Assembly (NCBI GenBank): GCA_934501535.1
Contig: CAKSUM010000007.1
Coordinates: forward strand, 47,578 to 111,577
Length of the DNA stretch: 64,000 nucleotides
DNA from: an uncultured Clostridia bacterium
GTDB lineage: Bacteria; Bacillota; Clostridia; UBA1381
Direction: 5' to 3'
Below the pieces are notes generated by a model that saw only the letters and a list, made by a program, of their open reading frames with translations, had not been told where the DNA came from and did not search any database. The position numbers and the translations under genes were made by a program. Each line of letters starts with the position of its first letter. Position 1 is the stretch's first letter. Below are positions 48,565-57,970 of this stretch, piece by piece.

Positions 48565-50691
48565 TTATACATTAAACATATGTTCGCCCGCATCGGTTTC
48601 ATAAATCTTACCTTTAATTATCACCTTTGCCGGTCTGTCCGTTTTCACGTAAACCTGCCGTTCGTCATACCTGACTTCTATTCCCCTGTGTTTTGCACGC
48701 GCACTGCTTATCCCCGGAATAAAACCCGGTTTTATTACAAGTCCGTCCTCCGACAGCTGAATACCTGCAACATATTTGTAAAACCACATGTCAACATCGC
48801 TGTACATATGATGATTTAATGACGAATCCTCACCGCATTCATCTACGGTTTCCCAGTTTTCACACAATGTTGTCATGCCGAGGTTTATCCAGTGTGCGTA
48901 ACTCGGCGCGGACGGATTGGTGACCATTTTATACACCGTCTCGGCATATCCGTATTTTGAAAGTACATCAAAGCTGTATTTTACGCCGATAATTCCGCAT
49001 GTTGTATGAAATCCGTTTTCTTCAATCATTTTTGCAAGATGTGCGGCTGCTGCCGGGATTTCATCGGCTTCAAAAAAACCTTCTCCTATTGCACAGGCAA
49101 TTGCGGTCTGAGTATCGCTTTCGACAATGCCGTCTTTTATGAACCGCTTTCTGAATGCCTCGCGCACCTTTTTTTCGGCAACAATATATTTATCGGCATT
49201 TTTGCCGAGTTTCTTTGCCATAACAGCCATTTTAACACAATCGTTGTGATAATATGACATATCGGTTATTTCTTTGGGGCATATTACCGCGTCTTTGGGC
49301 GGACACCAGTCCCAAAGGCTGTAGTAATTTATTAAAAGTCCGTCCTCTGACATATTATCAATATAGTCAAAGTACGCATCCATGCAGTCCCACATATCAT
49401 TTGCCGCGGACAGGTCGCCGGTTATATGATAAATGTAATACGGCAGCAGTATTATCGTGCTGTCCCACGCAGGACCGCCCGAGGTAAATCCCCACCCTGC
49501 CGGATTTGGGATTATAGCAGGCAGCTGACCGCTTGCCCTCTGTGCGTCGCGAAAATCGTTGAGCCATTTTTTATACAGCGCCGCCATATCGTAATTCATA
49601 AGGCATTGTTCCGCAGAAATCTGCGCGTCCCCTGTCCAGCCGTTCTGTTCGCGGTGCGGACAATCCGTTGGTATTCCAAAATAATTTGTCAGTGTCGAAA
49701 GCCGCGCCGCCGCATGGATTTTGTTAATCATTTCGTCACTGCACCAAAATTCGCCGACCGTTTGTATATCGGTGTGAACTCTGATAGCGATAACATCAAT
49801 GCTGTCATAAATTCCGCGTACTTCCGCGTACTGAAAACCGTGATACACAAATCTCGGTTTCCATTCTTCTTCACCGTCACCCTTTAAAATGTACGTATCG
49901 GTATGCTTTACATCATTGTTATTAAAGCGATTTACGCAGACCGTGTCGGCTTTACCGTCATCGGTAAGACGGTCTGAGTAAATAATCTCCACTTTATCGC
50001 CGCATTTGCCACGAACCTTTATTTTTACATAGCCGGATATATTTTTTTCAAAATAAAATACTCCGTTTTTTGATTTTACCGGTTTTAGTTCCTCTATCTC
50101 CATAATCGGAGGAATTTTATTTTTCTCTAAAATTCCTCCGGGAGGTGCCGCTATCACCGCCTTTTCCCAAGCGGCATCATTAAAATCAGCCTGCATATAC
50201 CCCGGCTGTTCGAGGCGTGCGTCATATATTTCGCCGCAGCGTGCGTGATTGTAAATAATCGGCGAATCGGAGGTCTTAAACGAACTGTCACTCAGAATTT
50301 TTTCCTCTGCTCCACTTTCATATGTTATATCAAGCTGCATAATAAGCTTCGGCGCATGCCGCCAGGTTGCGCCCGAAAATCCCCAGCCGCCTATATCATT
50401 ATAAAAACCGTTTCCAAGGATTGCGCAGAATACATTGCTGCCGCTTTTCAGCATGCTTGTTACGTCATAAGTATTATAAATAACTCTCTTATCATACGCA
50501 GTGAACGGCGTTGTAAAAACATCACCGTTTACTCTCATGCCGTTCATCGTATAATCTCCGTAACCAAGTCCGCATATGTTTAAAACAGCAGTTTTTACCG
50601 CATCTTTTACCTCGAATACTTTTCGGAGTATAGGAGCATTGTGCTCTCCCCAGTCACGTTCTCTTGCTATCCATTTTGCATTTTCAAACAT
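48565..50691 (-). CDS. alpha-L-rhamnosidase, GH78 (cytoplasmic, no signal peptide)
   Basis: I trimmed the ORF 48565..50754 to the ATG at 50691 (MFENAKWIA). The N-terminal rhamnosidase-N pattern LNICGLGYGDYTMNGMRV and the six-hairpin core motif PTDCPHREQNGWTGDAQ are present. Confidence 0.85.
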   Translation of the reverse strand: MFENAKWIARERDWGEHNAPILRKVFEVKDAVKTAVLNICGLGYGDYTMNGMRVNGDVFTTPFTAYDKRVIYNTYDVTSMLKSGSNVFCAILGNGFYNDIGGWGFSGATWRHAPKLIMQLDITYESGAEEKILSDSSFKTSDSPIIYNHARCGEIYDARLEQPGYMQADFNDAAWEKAVIAAPPGGILEKNKIPPIMEIEELKPVKSKNGVFYFEKNISGYVKIKVRGKCGDKVEIIYSDRLTDDGKADTVCVNRFNNNDVKHTDTYILKGDGEEEWKPRFVYHGFQYAEVRGIYDSIDVIAIRVHTDIQTVGEFWCSDEMINKIHAAARLSTLTNYFGIPTDCPHREQNGWTGDAQISAEQCLMNYDMAALYKKWLNDFRDAQRASGQLPAIIPNPAGWGFTSGGPAWDSTIILLPYYIYHITGDLSAANDMWDCMDAYFDYIDNMSEDGLLINYYSLWDWCPPKDAVICPKEITDMSYYHNDCVKMAVMAKKLGKNADKYIVAEKKVREAFRKRFIKDGIVESDTQTAIACAIGEGFFEADEIPAAAAHLAKMIEENGFHTTCGIIGVKYSFDVLSKYGYAETVYKMVTNPSAPSYAHWINLGMTTLCENWETVDECGEDSSLNHHMYSDVDMWFYKYVAGIQLSEDGLVIKPGFIPGISSARAKHRGIEVRYDERQVYVKTDRPAKVIIKGKIYETDAGEHMFNV

Positions 50692-50838
50692 TACGTTTCC
50701 TCTCTTCACAATTTTTTTCCTTTTCCTATCAGTATGTAAACAATATATAATCACTTATATTATATACCCTTTCAAGGTACGGCTGCAATAATTATTTTGT
50801 TATGTATTAGCACAATTTTGATGTAGCTAAAAATATAT

Positions 50839-50873
50839 AAAAAAAGAAACAGCACAGAATTAACTATGCTGTT
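50839..50873 (-). terminator. intrinsic terminator of ppdK
   Basis: On the minus strand, an AACAGCATAG-ttaatt-CTGTGCTGTT hairpin is followed by a T-run. Confidence 0.6.
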
Positions 50874-50909
50874 CCCATAAAAGCAAACCTGCTTTTTATT
50901 ATATTAAGA

Positions 50910-53540
50910 TTAGTTTTCTTCCTTAATCTTAGCCTGCGCAGCAGCCAAACGAGCGATAGGCACTCTGAACGGTGAGCAGGATACGTAATCAAGACCAATC
51001 TTATGGCAGAATTCTACAGATGAAGGATCTCCGCCGTGCTCGCCGCAGATACCTACGTGCAGTGTCGGACGAACGCCCTTACCGAGCTTAATTGCCATTT
51101 CCATAAGCTTACCTACACCGGTCTGGTCAAGTTTAGCAAACGGATCATTTTCAAAGATTTTTGCATCATAGTAAGCATCAAGGAACTTACCTGCGTCATC
51201 TCTTGAGAAGCCGTATGTCATCTGAGTCAAATCGTTAGTACCGAAGCAGAAGAATTCAGCTTCTTTAGCGATTTCGTCAGCTGTCAATGCAGCACGCGGA
51301 ATTTCAATCATCGTACCAACTTCATATTCCATATCAATGCCGGCATTTTTGATTTCTTCGTCAGCAGCAGCTACAACTACATCTTTAACATACTTCAACT
51401 CTTTAATATCTCCAACAAGCGGAATCATGATTTCCGGCTTGATTGTCCAATCAGCGTGAGCCTTCTTAACATTGATAGCAGCTCTGATAACCGCTCTTGT
51501 CTGCATTCTTGCAATTTCCGGATATGTTACTGCAAGACGGCAGCCGCGGTGACCCATCATCGGGTTAAATTCATGCAGTGAGTTGATAATATTCTTAATT
51601 GTTTCAACTGACTTGCCCTGAGTCTTTGCAAGAGCTTCAATGTCAGCTTCTTCTGTCGGAACGAACTCATGAAGCGGCGGATCCAGGAATCTGATAGTAA
51701 CAGGATTTCCTTCCAGAGCTTCGTAAAGCTTTTCGAAATCGCTCTGCTGCATAGGAAGAATTTTCTCCAAAGCAGCTTCTCTTTCTTCAACAGTATCCGA
51801 ACAAATCATTTCTCTGAATGCGTCAATTCTGTTGCCCTCAAAGAACATATGCTCTGTACGGCACAGACCGATACCTTCAGCGCCAAGCTCTCTTGCCTTC
51901 TTAGCGTCAGCCGGAGTATCAGCGTTTGTTCTTACTTTCAAGCTTCTGTACTTGTCAGCCCAGCCCATGATTCTGCCGAATTCACCTGCAATCGATGCGT
52001 CAACCGTAGGAATAATACCGTCATAGATATTACCTGTTGAACCGTCAATTGAAATGAAGTCGCCTTCATGATATGTCTTGCCTGCAAGCTCAAACTTCTT
52101 GTTGTCTTCGTCCATGTTAATTGCCGAACAGCCGGATACACAGCATGTACCCATACCGCGGGCAACAACGGCTGCGTGCGATGTCATACCGCCGCGAACT
52201 GTCAGTATACCCTGTGAAGCTTTCATACCTTCGATATCTTCAGGTGAAGTTTCAAGACGAACAAGAACAACCTTTTCGCCGCGTGCATTCCATTCTTTTG
52301 CGTCTTCTGCAGTGAATACAACTTTACCGCAAGCAGCTCCCGGTGATGCAGCCAGTGCCTTTGCAACCGGCTCAGCAGCCTTCAGCGCTTTCGGGTCGAA
52401 CTGCGGGTGAAGCAGTGTATCAAGGTTACGAGGATCAATCATAAGAACTGCTTCTTTTTCTGTGATCATGCCTTCGTCAACAAGGTCACAAGCAATCTTC
52501 AAAGCAGCCTGAGCTGTTCTCTTACCGTTTCTTGTCTGAAGCATGTACAGCTTTTTATCTTCAATAGTAAATTCCATATCCTGCATATCACGGTAGTGAT
52601 TTTCAAGAGTATGGCAGATTTCTACAAACTGATTGTAAACTTCCGGCATAACTTCCTTCAGCTGGTCGATGTGCTGCGGAGTTCTTACACCTGCAACAAC
52701 GTCCTCGCCCTGAGCGTTCATGAGGAACTCACCCATAAGCTTCTTCTCGCCTGTAGCCGGGTCACGTGTGAACGCAACGCCTGTACCGGAGGTTTCGCCC
52801 ATGTTACCGAACGCCATCATCTGTACGTTAACGGCTGTACCCCATGAATAAGGAATATCGTTATCTCTTCTGTATACGTTAGCTCTCGGGTTATCCCATG
52901 AACGGAATACTGCCTTGATAGCGCCCATAAGCTGTTCTTTCGGGTCTGTCGGGAAATCTTCGCCGATTTTTGACTTATATTCAGCCTTGAACTGTGATGC
53001 AAGCTCCTGCAAATCTTCTGCAGTCAGCTCAACGTCCTGAGTTACGCCCTTCTTTTCTTTCATTTCGTCGATAAGCTGTTCAAAATACTTCTTGCCGACT
53101 TCCATAACAACGTCAGAATACATCTGAATAAATCTTCTGTAGCAATCCCAAGCCCAACGCGGGTTACCTGACTTTTCTGCCAGAGAATTAACAACAGTTT
53201 CGTTAAGACCGAGGTTCAGGATGGTATCCATCATGCCGGGCATTGATGCTCTTGCACCTGAACGAACCGATACAAGCAGCGGATTTTCAACATCGCCGAA
53301 TTTCTTTCCGCAGATGTCCTCCATCTTTTTGATGTATTCCATGATTTCTGCCTGAATATCATCGTTAATTCTTCTGCCGTCCTCATAATACTGAGTACAA
53401 GCCTCTGTAGAAATTGTGAAACCCTGCGGTACCGGAAGCCCCAAGCCTGTCATTTCAGCCAGGTTTGCTCCCTTTCCGCCGAGCAATTCTCTCATCTTGG
53501 CATTGCCTTCTGAGAATAAGTAAACATATTTTTTACTCAT
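50910..53540 (-). CDS. ppdK: pyruvate, phosphate dikinase
   Basis: I trimmed the ORF to the ATG at 53540 (MSKKYVYLF) with AGGAGGATC upstream. The phospho-His motif GGMTSHAAVVARG and canonical PPDK sequence throughout support the call. Confidence 0.95.
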   Translation of the reverse strand: MSKKYVYLFSEGNAKMRELLGGKGANLAEMTGLGLPVPQGFTISTEACTQYYEDGRRINDDIQAEIMEYIKKMEDICGKKFGDVENPLLVSVRSGARASMPGMMDTILNLGLNETVVNSLAEKSGNPRWAWDCYRRFIQMYSDVVMEVGKKYFEQLIDEMKEKKGVTQDVELTAEDLQELASQFKAEYKSKIGEDFPTDPKEQLMGAIKAVFRSWDNPRANVYRRDNDIPYSWGTAVNVQMMAFGNMGETSGTGVAFTRDPATGEKKLMGEFLMNAQGEDVVAGVRTPQHIDQLKEVMPEVYNQFVEICHTLENHYRDMQDMEFTIEDKKLYMLQTRNGKRTAQAALKIACDLVDEGMITEKEAVLMIDPRNLDTLLHPQFDPKALKAAEPVAKALAASPGAACGKVVFTAEDAKEWNARGEKVVLVRLETSPEDIEGMKASQGILTVRGGMTSHAAVVARGMGTCCVSGCSAINMDEDNKKFELAGKTYHEGDFISIDGSTGNIYDGIIPTVDASIAGEFGRIMGWADKYRSLKVRTNADTPADAKKARELGAEGIGLCRTEHMFFEGNRIDAFREMICSDTVEEREAALEKILPMQQSDFEKLYEALEGNPVTIRFLDPPLHEFVPTEEADIEALAKTQGKSVETIKNIINSLHEFNPMMGHRGCRLAVTYPEIARMQTRAVIRAAINVKKAHADWTIKPEIMIPLVGDIKELKYVKDVVVAAADEEIKNAGIDMEYEVGTMIEIPRAALTADEIAKEAEFFCFGTNDLTQMTYGFSRDDAGKFLDAYYDAKIFENDPFAKLDQTGVGKLMEMAIKLGKGVRPTLHVGICGEHGGDPSSVEFCHKIGLDYVSCSPFRVPIARLAAAQAKIKEEN

Positions 53541-53726
53541 TGGTTGATCCTCCTGTGTTTTAATTTCGGGCATAAAATACCCAAGTTATCTTATCCAACA
53601 TATCTATTATACCACAAATTACTAAAAAGTCCACAACATTTTTTAACTTTGTGTAATTTTTTTATAATATTACCGAAATTTTAAATATTTTTAACAATAT
53701 ATCACAATATTTTTACATATTTTCTG

Positions 53727-53755
53727 TTGAAATAAACCTATAGATATGATATAAT
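53727..53755 (+). promoter_or_regulatory. candidate sigma-A promoter for radA
   Basis: TTGAAA - 17 nt - TATAAT with an extended -10 (TGATATAAT), about 30 nt upstream of radA. Confidence 0.5.
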
Positions 53756-53786
53756 TTCAGTATACATATATATCGGAGAATGAATT

Positions 53787-55145
53787 ATGAAATCAAAAAC
53801 AACATACATCTGCCGCGAGTGCGGTTATCAGACAGCGAAATGGCTCGGAAAATGTCCCGGCTGTGACCAATGGAATACATTGGAGGAAACAATTGTAAAA
53901 GACGAAAAAAAATCGTCTGCTCCGTCGGCAAAATCTATCGGTGCAAGACGGCCGGTTTCAAAGCTGCAGCAGGTTCAGACCGACCTTGAAGTTCGGTATC
54001 CGACCGGCATGCGTGAGCTTGACCGCGTTTTGGGCGGCGGACTCGTCAGGGGTTCGCTCGTACTTGTGGGCGGCGACCCCGGCATAGGCAAATCCACACT
54101 TCTTTTGCAAATATGTCAAACCCTTGCACAAAACAAGAAAGTACTTTACGTATCCGGCGAAGAATCAGAACGTCAGATAAAGCTGCGCGCGGAGCGGCTG
54201 GGGGTTGACTGCGGAAATATCTATCTTGTATCGGAAAATGACGTTGCATCGATAATCGAATATATAAATCAGACGGAACCTGACATAGTGATTATTGACT
54301 CTATCCAGACAATGAACTGTGAGGAAATTGCTTCTGCGTCGGGTAGCGTTCCGCAGGTTCGTGAATCCACGAATGCATTTATGCGCATCGCCAAACAAAA
54401 TGACATATCAATGTTTATCGTCGGACACGTTACCAAAGACGGTTCTCTCGCCGGTCCGCGCGTTATGGAGCATATGGTGGACTGCGTTCTCTATTTCGAG
54501 GGCGACCGTCAGATGAGTTTTCGTATACTGCGCGCCGTAAAAAACAGATTCGGTTCAACGAATGAAATCGGAGTATTTGAAATGGCTGACCGCGGTCTGG
54601 TTGAGGTGGAAAATCCGTCAGCAATGCTGCTTGACGGGCGCAGCGGTATTTCCGGCTCATCAATAGTCTGCACCATGGAGGGCAGCCGCGGCGTTCTTGC
54701 CGAAATTCAGGCGCTTGTCACTCCGACAGGTTTCGGTAATCCGCGCAGAATGTCATCCGGAATTGATTTAAACAGAGTGATTTTAATGATTGCCGTACTG
54801 GAAAAGCGCGCAAAAATAAATCTATCGAATTATGATGTATACATAAATGTTGCCGGAGGGCTGCGGATAGACGAAACGGCGATTGACCTGGGACTTTGCG
54901 CCGCAATAGCAACCGGAAAAAAGGATATAAAAATACCCGATGACATTCTTTTCATCGGTGAGGTCGGCTTGGGCGGCGAGCTGCGGAATGTATCACGCCC
55001 CGAAAAACGAATCAGCGAGGCGTCAAAACTCGGATTTAAAAGAGCAATCATGCCGCAGCAATCGGTAAAAAGCCTCAAAGCCCCGGATGGATTTGAGATA
55101 ATCGGCGTAAGGACCCTATCCGAAGCATTATCTTATCTGAAATAA
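53787..55145 (+). CDS. radA: DNA repair protein RadA/Sms
   Basis: 452 aa. Zinc ribbon CRECGYQ..CPGCDQW, Walker A GDPGIGKST, the KNRFG motif and a Lon-like C-terminal domain. Confidence 0.95.
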   Translation: MKSKTTYICRECGYQTAKWLGKCPGCDQWNTLEETIVKDEKKSSAPSAKSIGARRPVSKLQQVQTDLEVRYPTGMRELDRVLGGGLVRGSLVLVGGDPGIGKSTLLLQICQTLAQNKKVLYVSGEESERQIKLRAERLGVDCGNIYLVSENDVASIIEYINQTEPDIVIIDSIQTMNCEEIASASGSVPQVRESTNAFMRIAKQNDISMFIVGHVTKDGSLAGPRVMEHMVDCVLYFEGDRQMSFRILRAVKNRFGSTNEIGVFEMADRGLVEVENPSAMLLDGRSGISGSSIVCTMEGSRGVLAEIQALVTPTGFGNPRRMSSGIDLNRVILMIAVLEKRAKINLSNYDVYINVAGGLRIDETAIDLGLCAAIATGKKDIKIPDDILFIGEVGLGGELRNVSRPEKRISEASKLGFKRAIMPQQSVKSLKAPDGFEIIGVRTLSEALSYLK

Positions 55146-55339
55146 ACATCCTTCAATGCATTTTTATTGTTGACCGGCAGGTTAATCTTATTATAACACA
55201 CATATGGATATTTTGTTTATCCTTTTTTGAAACACGCGACAGGCAGAATTGTCAAATAAAAGCAGCACACGAAAACCCACTTTGTATCTGCTTTTATTTT
55301 ACTGCTTCAAAAAATAGGCGCGCGGTTTTCTTTATACAA

Positions 55340-55369
55340 AAAAATCCCTGTTTATAAACAGGGATTTTT
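55340..55369. terminator. bidirectional intrinsic terminator downstream of rplT
   Basis: AAAAATCCCTG-tttataaa-CAGGGATTTTT. Confidence 0.65.
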
Positions 55370-55383
55370 ACGTAACAAAACAA

Positions 55384-55743
55384 TTATTTATTAAGCGCTG
55401 CTTTTGCGGTTTCAGCGAGCTGTGCAAATGCTTTTGCATCGGCAATTGCGATTTCCGACAGCATCTTTCTGTTCATTTCAATACCGCTCTTTTTAAGACC
55501 GTTCATGAATGTTGAATAATTCATTCCGTTCATTTTTGCAGCAGCAGAAATTCTTGTAATCCAAAGCTTTCTGAAATCTCTCTTTCTGTGCTTTCTGCCG
55601 ATGTATGCATTCTGCATTGAACGCATTACAGCCTGGTTAGCTACTCTGTAAAGCTTTGATTCTCCGCCTCTGAAGCCCTTTGCAAGCTTCAAAACTTTCT
55701 TATGATGTTTTCTTGTATTTAAAGCACCTTTAACTCTTGCCAT
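55384..55743 (-). CDS. rplT: 50S ribosomal protein L20
   Basis: 119 aa. [26 protein letters not shown] is canonical L20. Confidence 0.95.
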   Translation of the reverse strand: MARVKGALNTRKHHKKVLKLAKGFRGGESKLYRVANQAVMRSMQNAYIGRKHRKRDFRKLWITRISAAAKMNGMNYSTFMNGLKKSGIEMNRKMLSEIAIADAKAFAQLAETAKAALNK

Positions 55744-55766
55744 CTTATACTACCTCTCTTTCAATC

Positions 55767-55964
55767 CTACTTGTAAGGAATAAGCTTTTTGATAACTGCT
55801 GCGTTTGCCTTTGAGCAGTATGCCTGCTTGCGCAGATGTCTCTTTCTCTTTGTTGTCTTTTTGTTCAGGATGTGACGTCTGAACGCTCTGTTCATCTTTA
55901 CCTTACCTTTTTTAGTAAGATTAAATCTTTTTGCTGCACCTCTATGTGTCTTAATTTTAGGCAT
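55767..55964 (-). CDS. rpmI: 50S ribosomal protein L35
   Basis: 65 aa. [14 protein letters not shown] is canonical L35. Confidence 0.95.
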   Translation of the reverse strand: MPKIKTHRGAAKRFNLTKKGKVKMNRAFRRHILNKKTTKRKRHLRKQAYCSKANAAVIKKLIPYK

Positions 55965-55994
55965 AGTGATTCTCTCCTTCCAGATTTTAAATAA

Positions 55995-56510
55995 TTACTG
56001 TGCTGCCGGCGACAGGAACATAGTCATATTTCTGCCCTCAAGTTTCGGTGGTCTGTCAACATTGCCAACTTCATGAACGCTCTCTGCAAACTTTTTAAGC
56101 AGAGCCTCGCCGATTTCGGAATGGCTTACTTCACGACCGCGGAAACGCACCGTTACCTTAACCTTATCGCCCTTAGACAAGAATTTCATTGCATTTCTGC
56201 ATTTAGTGTTAAAGTCATTGGTATCGATTGAAGGCGACAGCTGAACCTCTTTAATATTAATTATTTTCTGATTCTTTTTGTTTTCCTTCTCGCGTTTTTG
56301 AAGTTCAAATCTGTACTTGCCGAAATCCATAATTTTACATACGGGCGGCTTTGCCGTCGGCGCAATATTAACCAGGTCAAGCCCCTTCGACTGCGCAAGC
56401 TTCATTGCGTCTGCCGATGACATAACGCCGAGCTGCTCTCCCTCCTGATTAACAACGCGAACTTCTTTTTCGCGGATATCCTCGTTTGCTTGCAATTCCT
56501 TGTTAGCTAT
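55995..56510 (-). CDS. infC: translation initiation factor IF-3, with a non-canonical ATA start codon
   Basis: The ORF track starts at an internal TTG (56495). In frame upstream, IANKELQANEDIREKEVRVV aligns with IF-3 N-termini. The ATA at 56508-56510 lies 7 nt after AGGAGGG, and an in-frame TAG five codons further upstream limits the alternatives. Confidence 0.9.
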   Translation of the reverse strand: MANKELQANEDIREKEVRVVNQEGEQLGVMSSADAMKLAQSKGLDLVNIAPTAKPPVCKIMDFGKYRFELQKREKENKKNQKIINIKEVQLSPSIDTNDFNTKCRNAMKFLSKGDKVKVTVRFRGREVSHSEIGEALLKKFAESVHEVGNVDRPPKLEGRNMTMFLSPAAQ

Positions 56511-56519
56511 TGTAAATCC

Positions 56520-56670
56520 CTCCTAAAAATCTTTGTGCCGAAAGCACTAAAAAAGCGGATTGATATATCCGCCGAACTACACACAAAAAACATAACATGC
56601 TTTAAGTCATATTTACCGCAAAGCCTGCGCCGTACGGTGAGAACGGATATATTCTGCTTGTTTTTACTGT
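56520..56670 (-). promoter_or_regulatory. infC-rpmI-rplT leader with internal intrinsic terminator (L20-leader-type attenuator candidate)
   Basis: The leader of about 150 nt lies between a consensus promoter and the infC RBS. It contains GCGGAT-atatca-ATCCGC followed by TTTTTT (plus-strand coordinates 56549-56572). I could not verify the L20-binding fold by eye. Confidence 0.5.
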
Positions 56671-56673
56671 AAT

Positions 56674-56702
56674 ATTATACTATGTTCATTTTAATTTGTC
56701 AA
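56674..56702 (-). promoter_or_regulatory. consensus sigma-A promoter of the infC operon
   Basis: On the minus strand, TTGACA - 17 nt - TATAAT (exact consensus hexamers). Confidence 0.6.
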
Positions 56703-56777
56703 TACTTTTTTCAAAAAAAATATAAAAATATGCAATAACCGCAAAATCGGCTCTGCAAAATGCAGAGCCGACGCGAA

Positions 56778-57707
56778 TTATTCACTGAACATGGGAGTTG
56801 ACAAATATCTGTCCCCCGTATCGGGCAAAAGTGCCACAATAACTTTACCTTTATTTTCCGGACGTTTTGCAAGCTCGGTTGCGGCATATACCGCTGCACC
56901 CGAAGAAATTCCTACCAAAACTCCTTCTTTTCTTGCAATCGTTCTTCCCGTTTCAAATGCGTCCTCATTTTCAACGGCAATGATTTCATCGTAAATTTCT
57001 GTATTCAGTGTTTCCGGCACAAATCCTGCTCCGATACCCTGAATTTTATGCGGTCCCGGCGTGCCTTTCGACAACACGGGCGAGCCTGCCGGTTCAACAG
57101 CTACAACCTTGACATCGGGATTTTGTGATTTAAGGTACTCGCCTACGCCGCTTACCGTTCCTCCCGTTCCGACGCCGGCTACAAAAATGTCAACCTTTCC
57201 GTCGGTATCATTCCATATTTCGGGGCCTGTGGTTTTACGGTGTGCTTCCGGATTTGCCATGTTGGTAAACTGACTCGGAATAAAGCTGCCCGGCGTTTCC
57301 TTTGCAAGCTCCTCGGCTTTTGCAATCGCGCCCTTCATGCCTTTTGCTCCGTCCGTCAAAACAAGCTCCGCTCCATAGGCTTTCAGCAGATTTCTGCGTT
57401 CAACACTCATTGTTTCGGGCATTGTAAGGATTATTTTGTATCCCCTCGACGCAGCCGCAGCAGCAAGACCGATTCCGGTATTTCCGCTTGTAGGCTCAAT
57501 AATAACAGCTCCCGGCTTTAATATGCCTTTTTCTTCCGCATCGTCAAGCATTGCCTTTGCTATTCTGTCTTTTACGCTGCCTGCCGGATTGAAGTATTCG
57601 AGTTTTGCCAGTATTGTTGCCTGAAGATTATTTTCCTTTTCGTAATTTTTCAGTTCCAAAAGCGGTGTACCGCCGATTAAGTCCGTTATTTTTTCATATA
57701 CTTTCAT
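56778..57707 (-). CDS. cysK: cysteine synthase A (O-acetylserine sulfhydrylase)
   Basis: 309 aa. The PLP lysine motif NPAGSVKDR, the TSGNTG loop and GTGGT are present. Confidence 0.9.
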   Translation of the reverse strand: MKVYEKITDLIGGTPLLELKNYEKENNLQATILAKLEYFNPAGSVKDRIAKAMLDDAEEKGILKPGAVIIEPTSGNTGIGLAAAAASRGYKIILTMPETMSVERRNLLKAYGAELVLTDGAKGMKGAIAKAEELAKETPGSFIPSQFTNMANPEAHRKTTGPEIWNDTDGKVDIFVAGVGTGGTVSGVGEYLKSQNPDVKVVAVEPAGSPVLSKGTPGPHKIQGIGAGFVPETLNTEIYDEIIAVENEDAFETGRTIARKEGVLVGISSGAAVYAATELAKRPENKGKVIVALLPDTGDRYLSTPMFSE

Positions 57708-57757
57708 GATTTTTACTTCCTTTCAATTTCTAAATATGCACTGCCTTGATTGATCTT

Positions 57758-57793
57758 TCAGCCGCAACATCGCTTTGTCAGTAGCTTTATCAT
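57758..57793 (-). CDS. candidate 11-codon leader peptide MIKLLTKRCCG in the cysK leader
   Basis: On the minus strand, GGAGG - 7 nt - ATG ATA AAG CTA CTG ACA AAG CGA TGT TGC GGC TGA. The uORF ends 50 nt before the cysK ATG and has tandem Cys codons. Whether it is translated is unknown. Confidence 0.35.
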   Translation of the reverse strand: MIKLLTKRCCG

Positions 57794-57841
57794 AATACCG
57801 CCTCCAAAACACCACAATACCTATCTGTTTAATATGTTATT

Positions 57842-57870
57842 ATTATAATACCTTTTACCCGCTTTGTCAA
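57842..57870 (-). promoter_or_regulatory. consensus sigma-A promoter of cysK
   Basis: On the minus strand, TTGACA - 17 nt - TATAAT (exact consensus hexamers), about 135 nt upstream of cysK. Confidence 0.6.
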
Positions 57871-57970
57871 TAGTTTTTTGAAATTTTTTACAACTTTTTT
57901 ATTGTGTGATTAAAAAAATTATGATATAATAAGCAAAAATTACGTATTTAACTACGCGGAGGGAATTTTT

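Noticed and set aside
55146-55340. Possible small RNA between radA and rplT. Promoter-like TTGACC-16-TATAAC at 55170-55197 is followed by hairpins at about 55209-55232 and 55258-55300.
   Set aside because: The hairpins are more simply the radA terminators. The promoter match is weak, and the first hairpin would give an implausibly short transcript.
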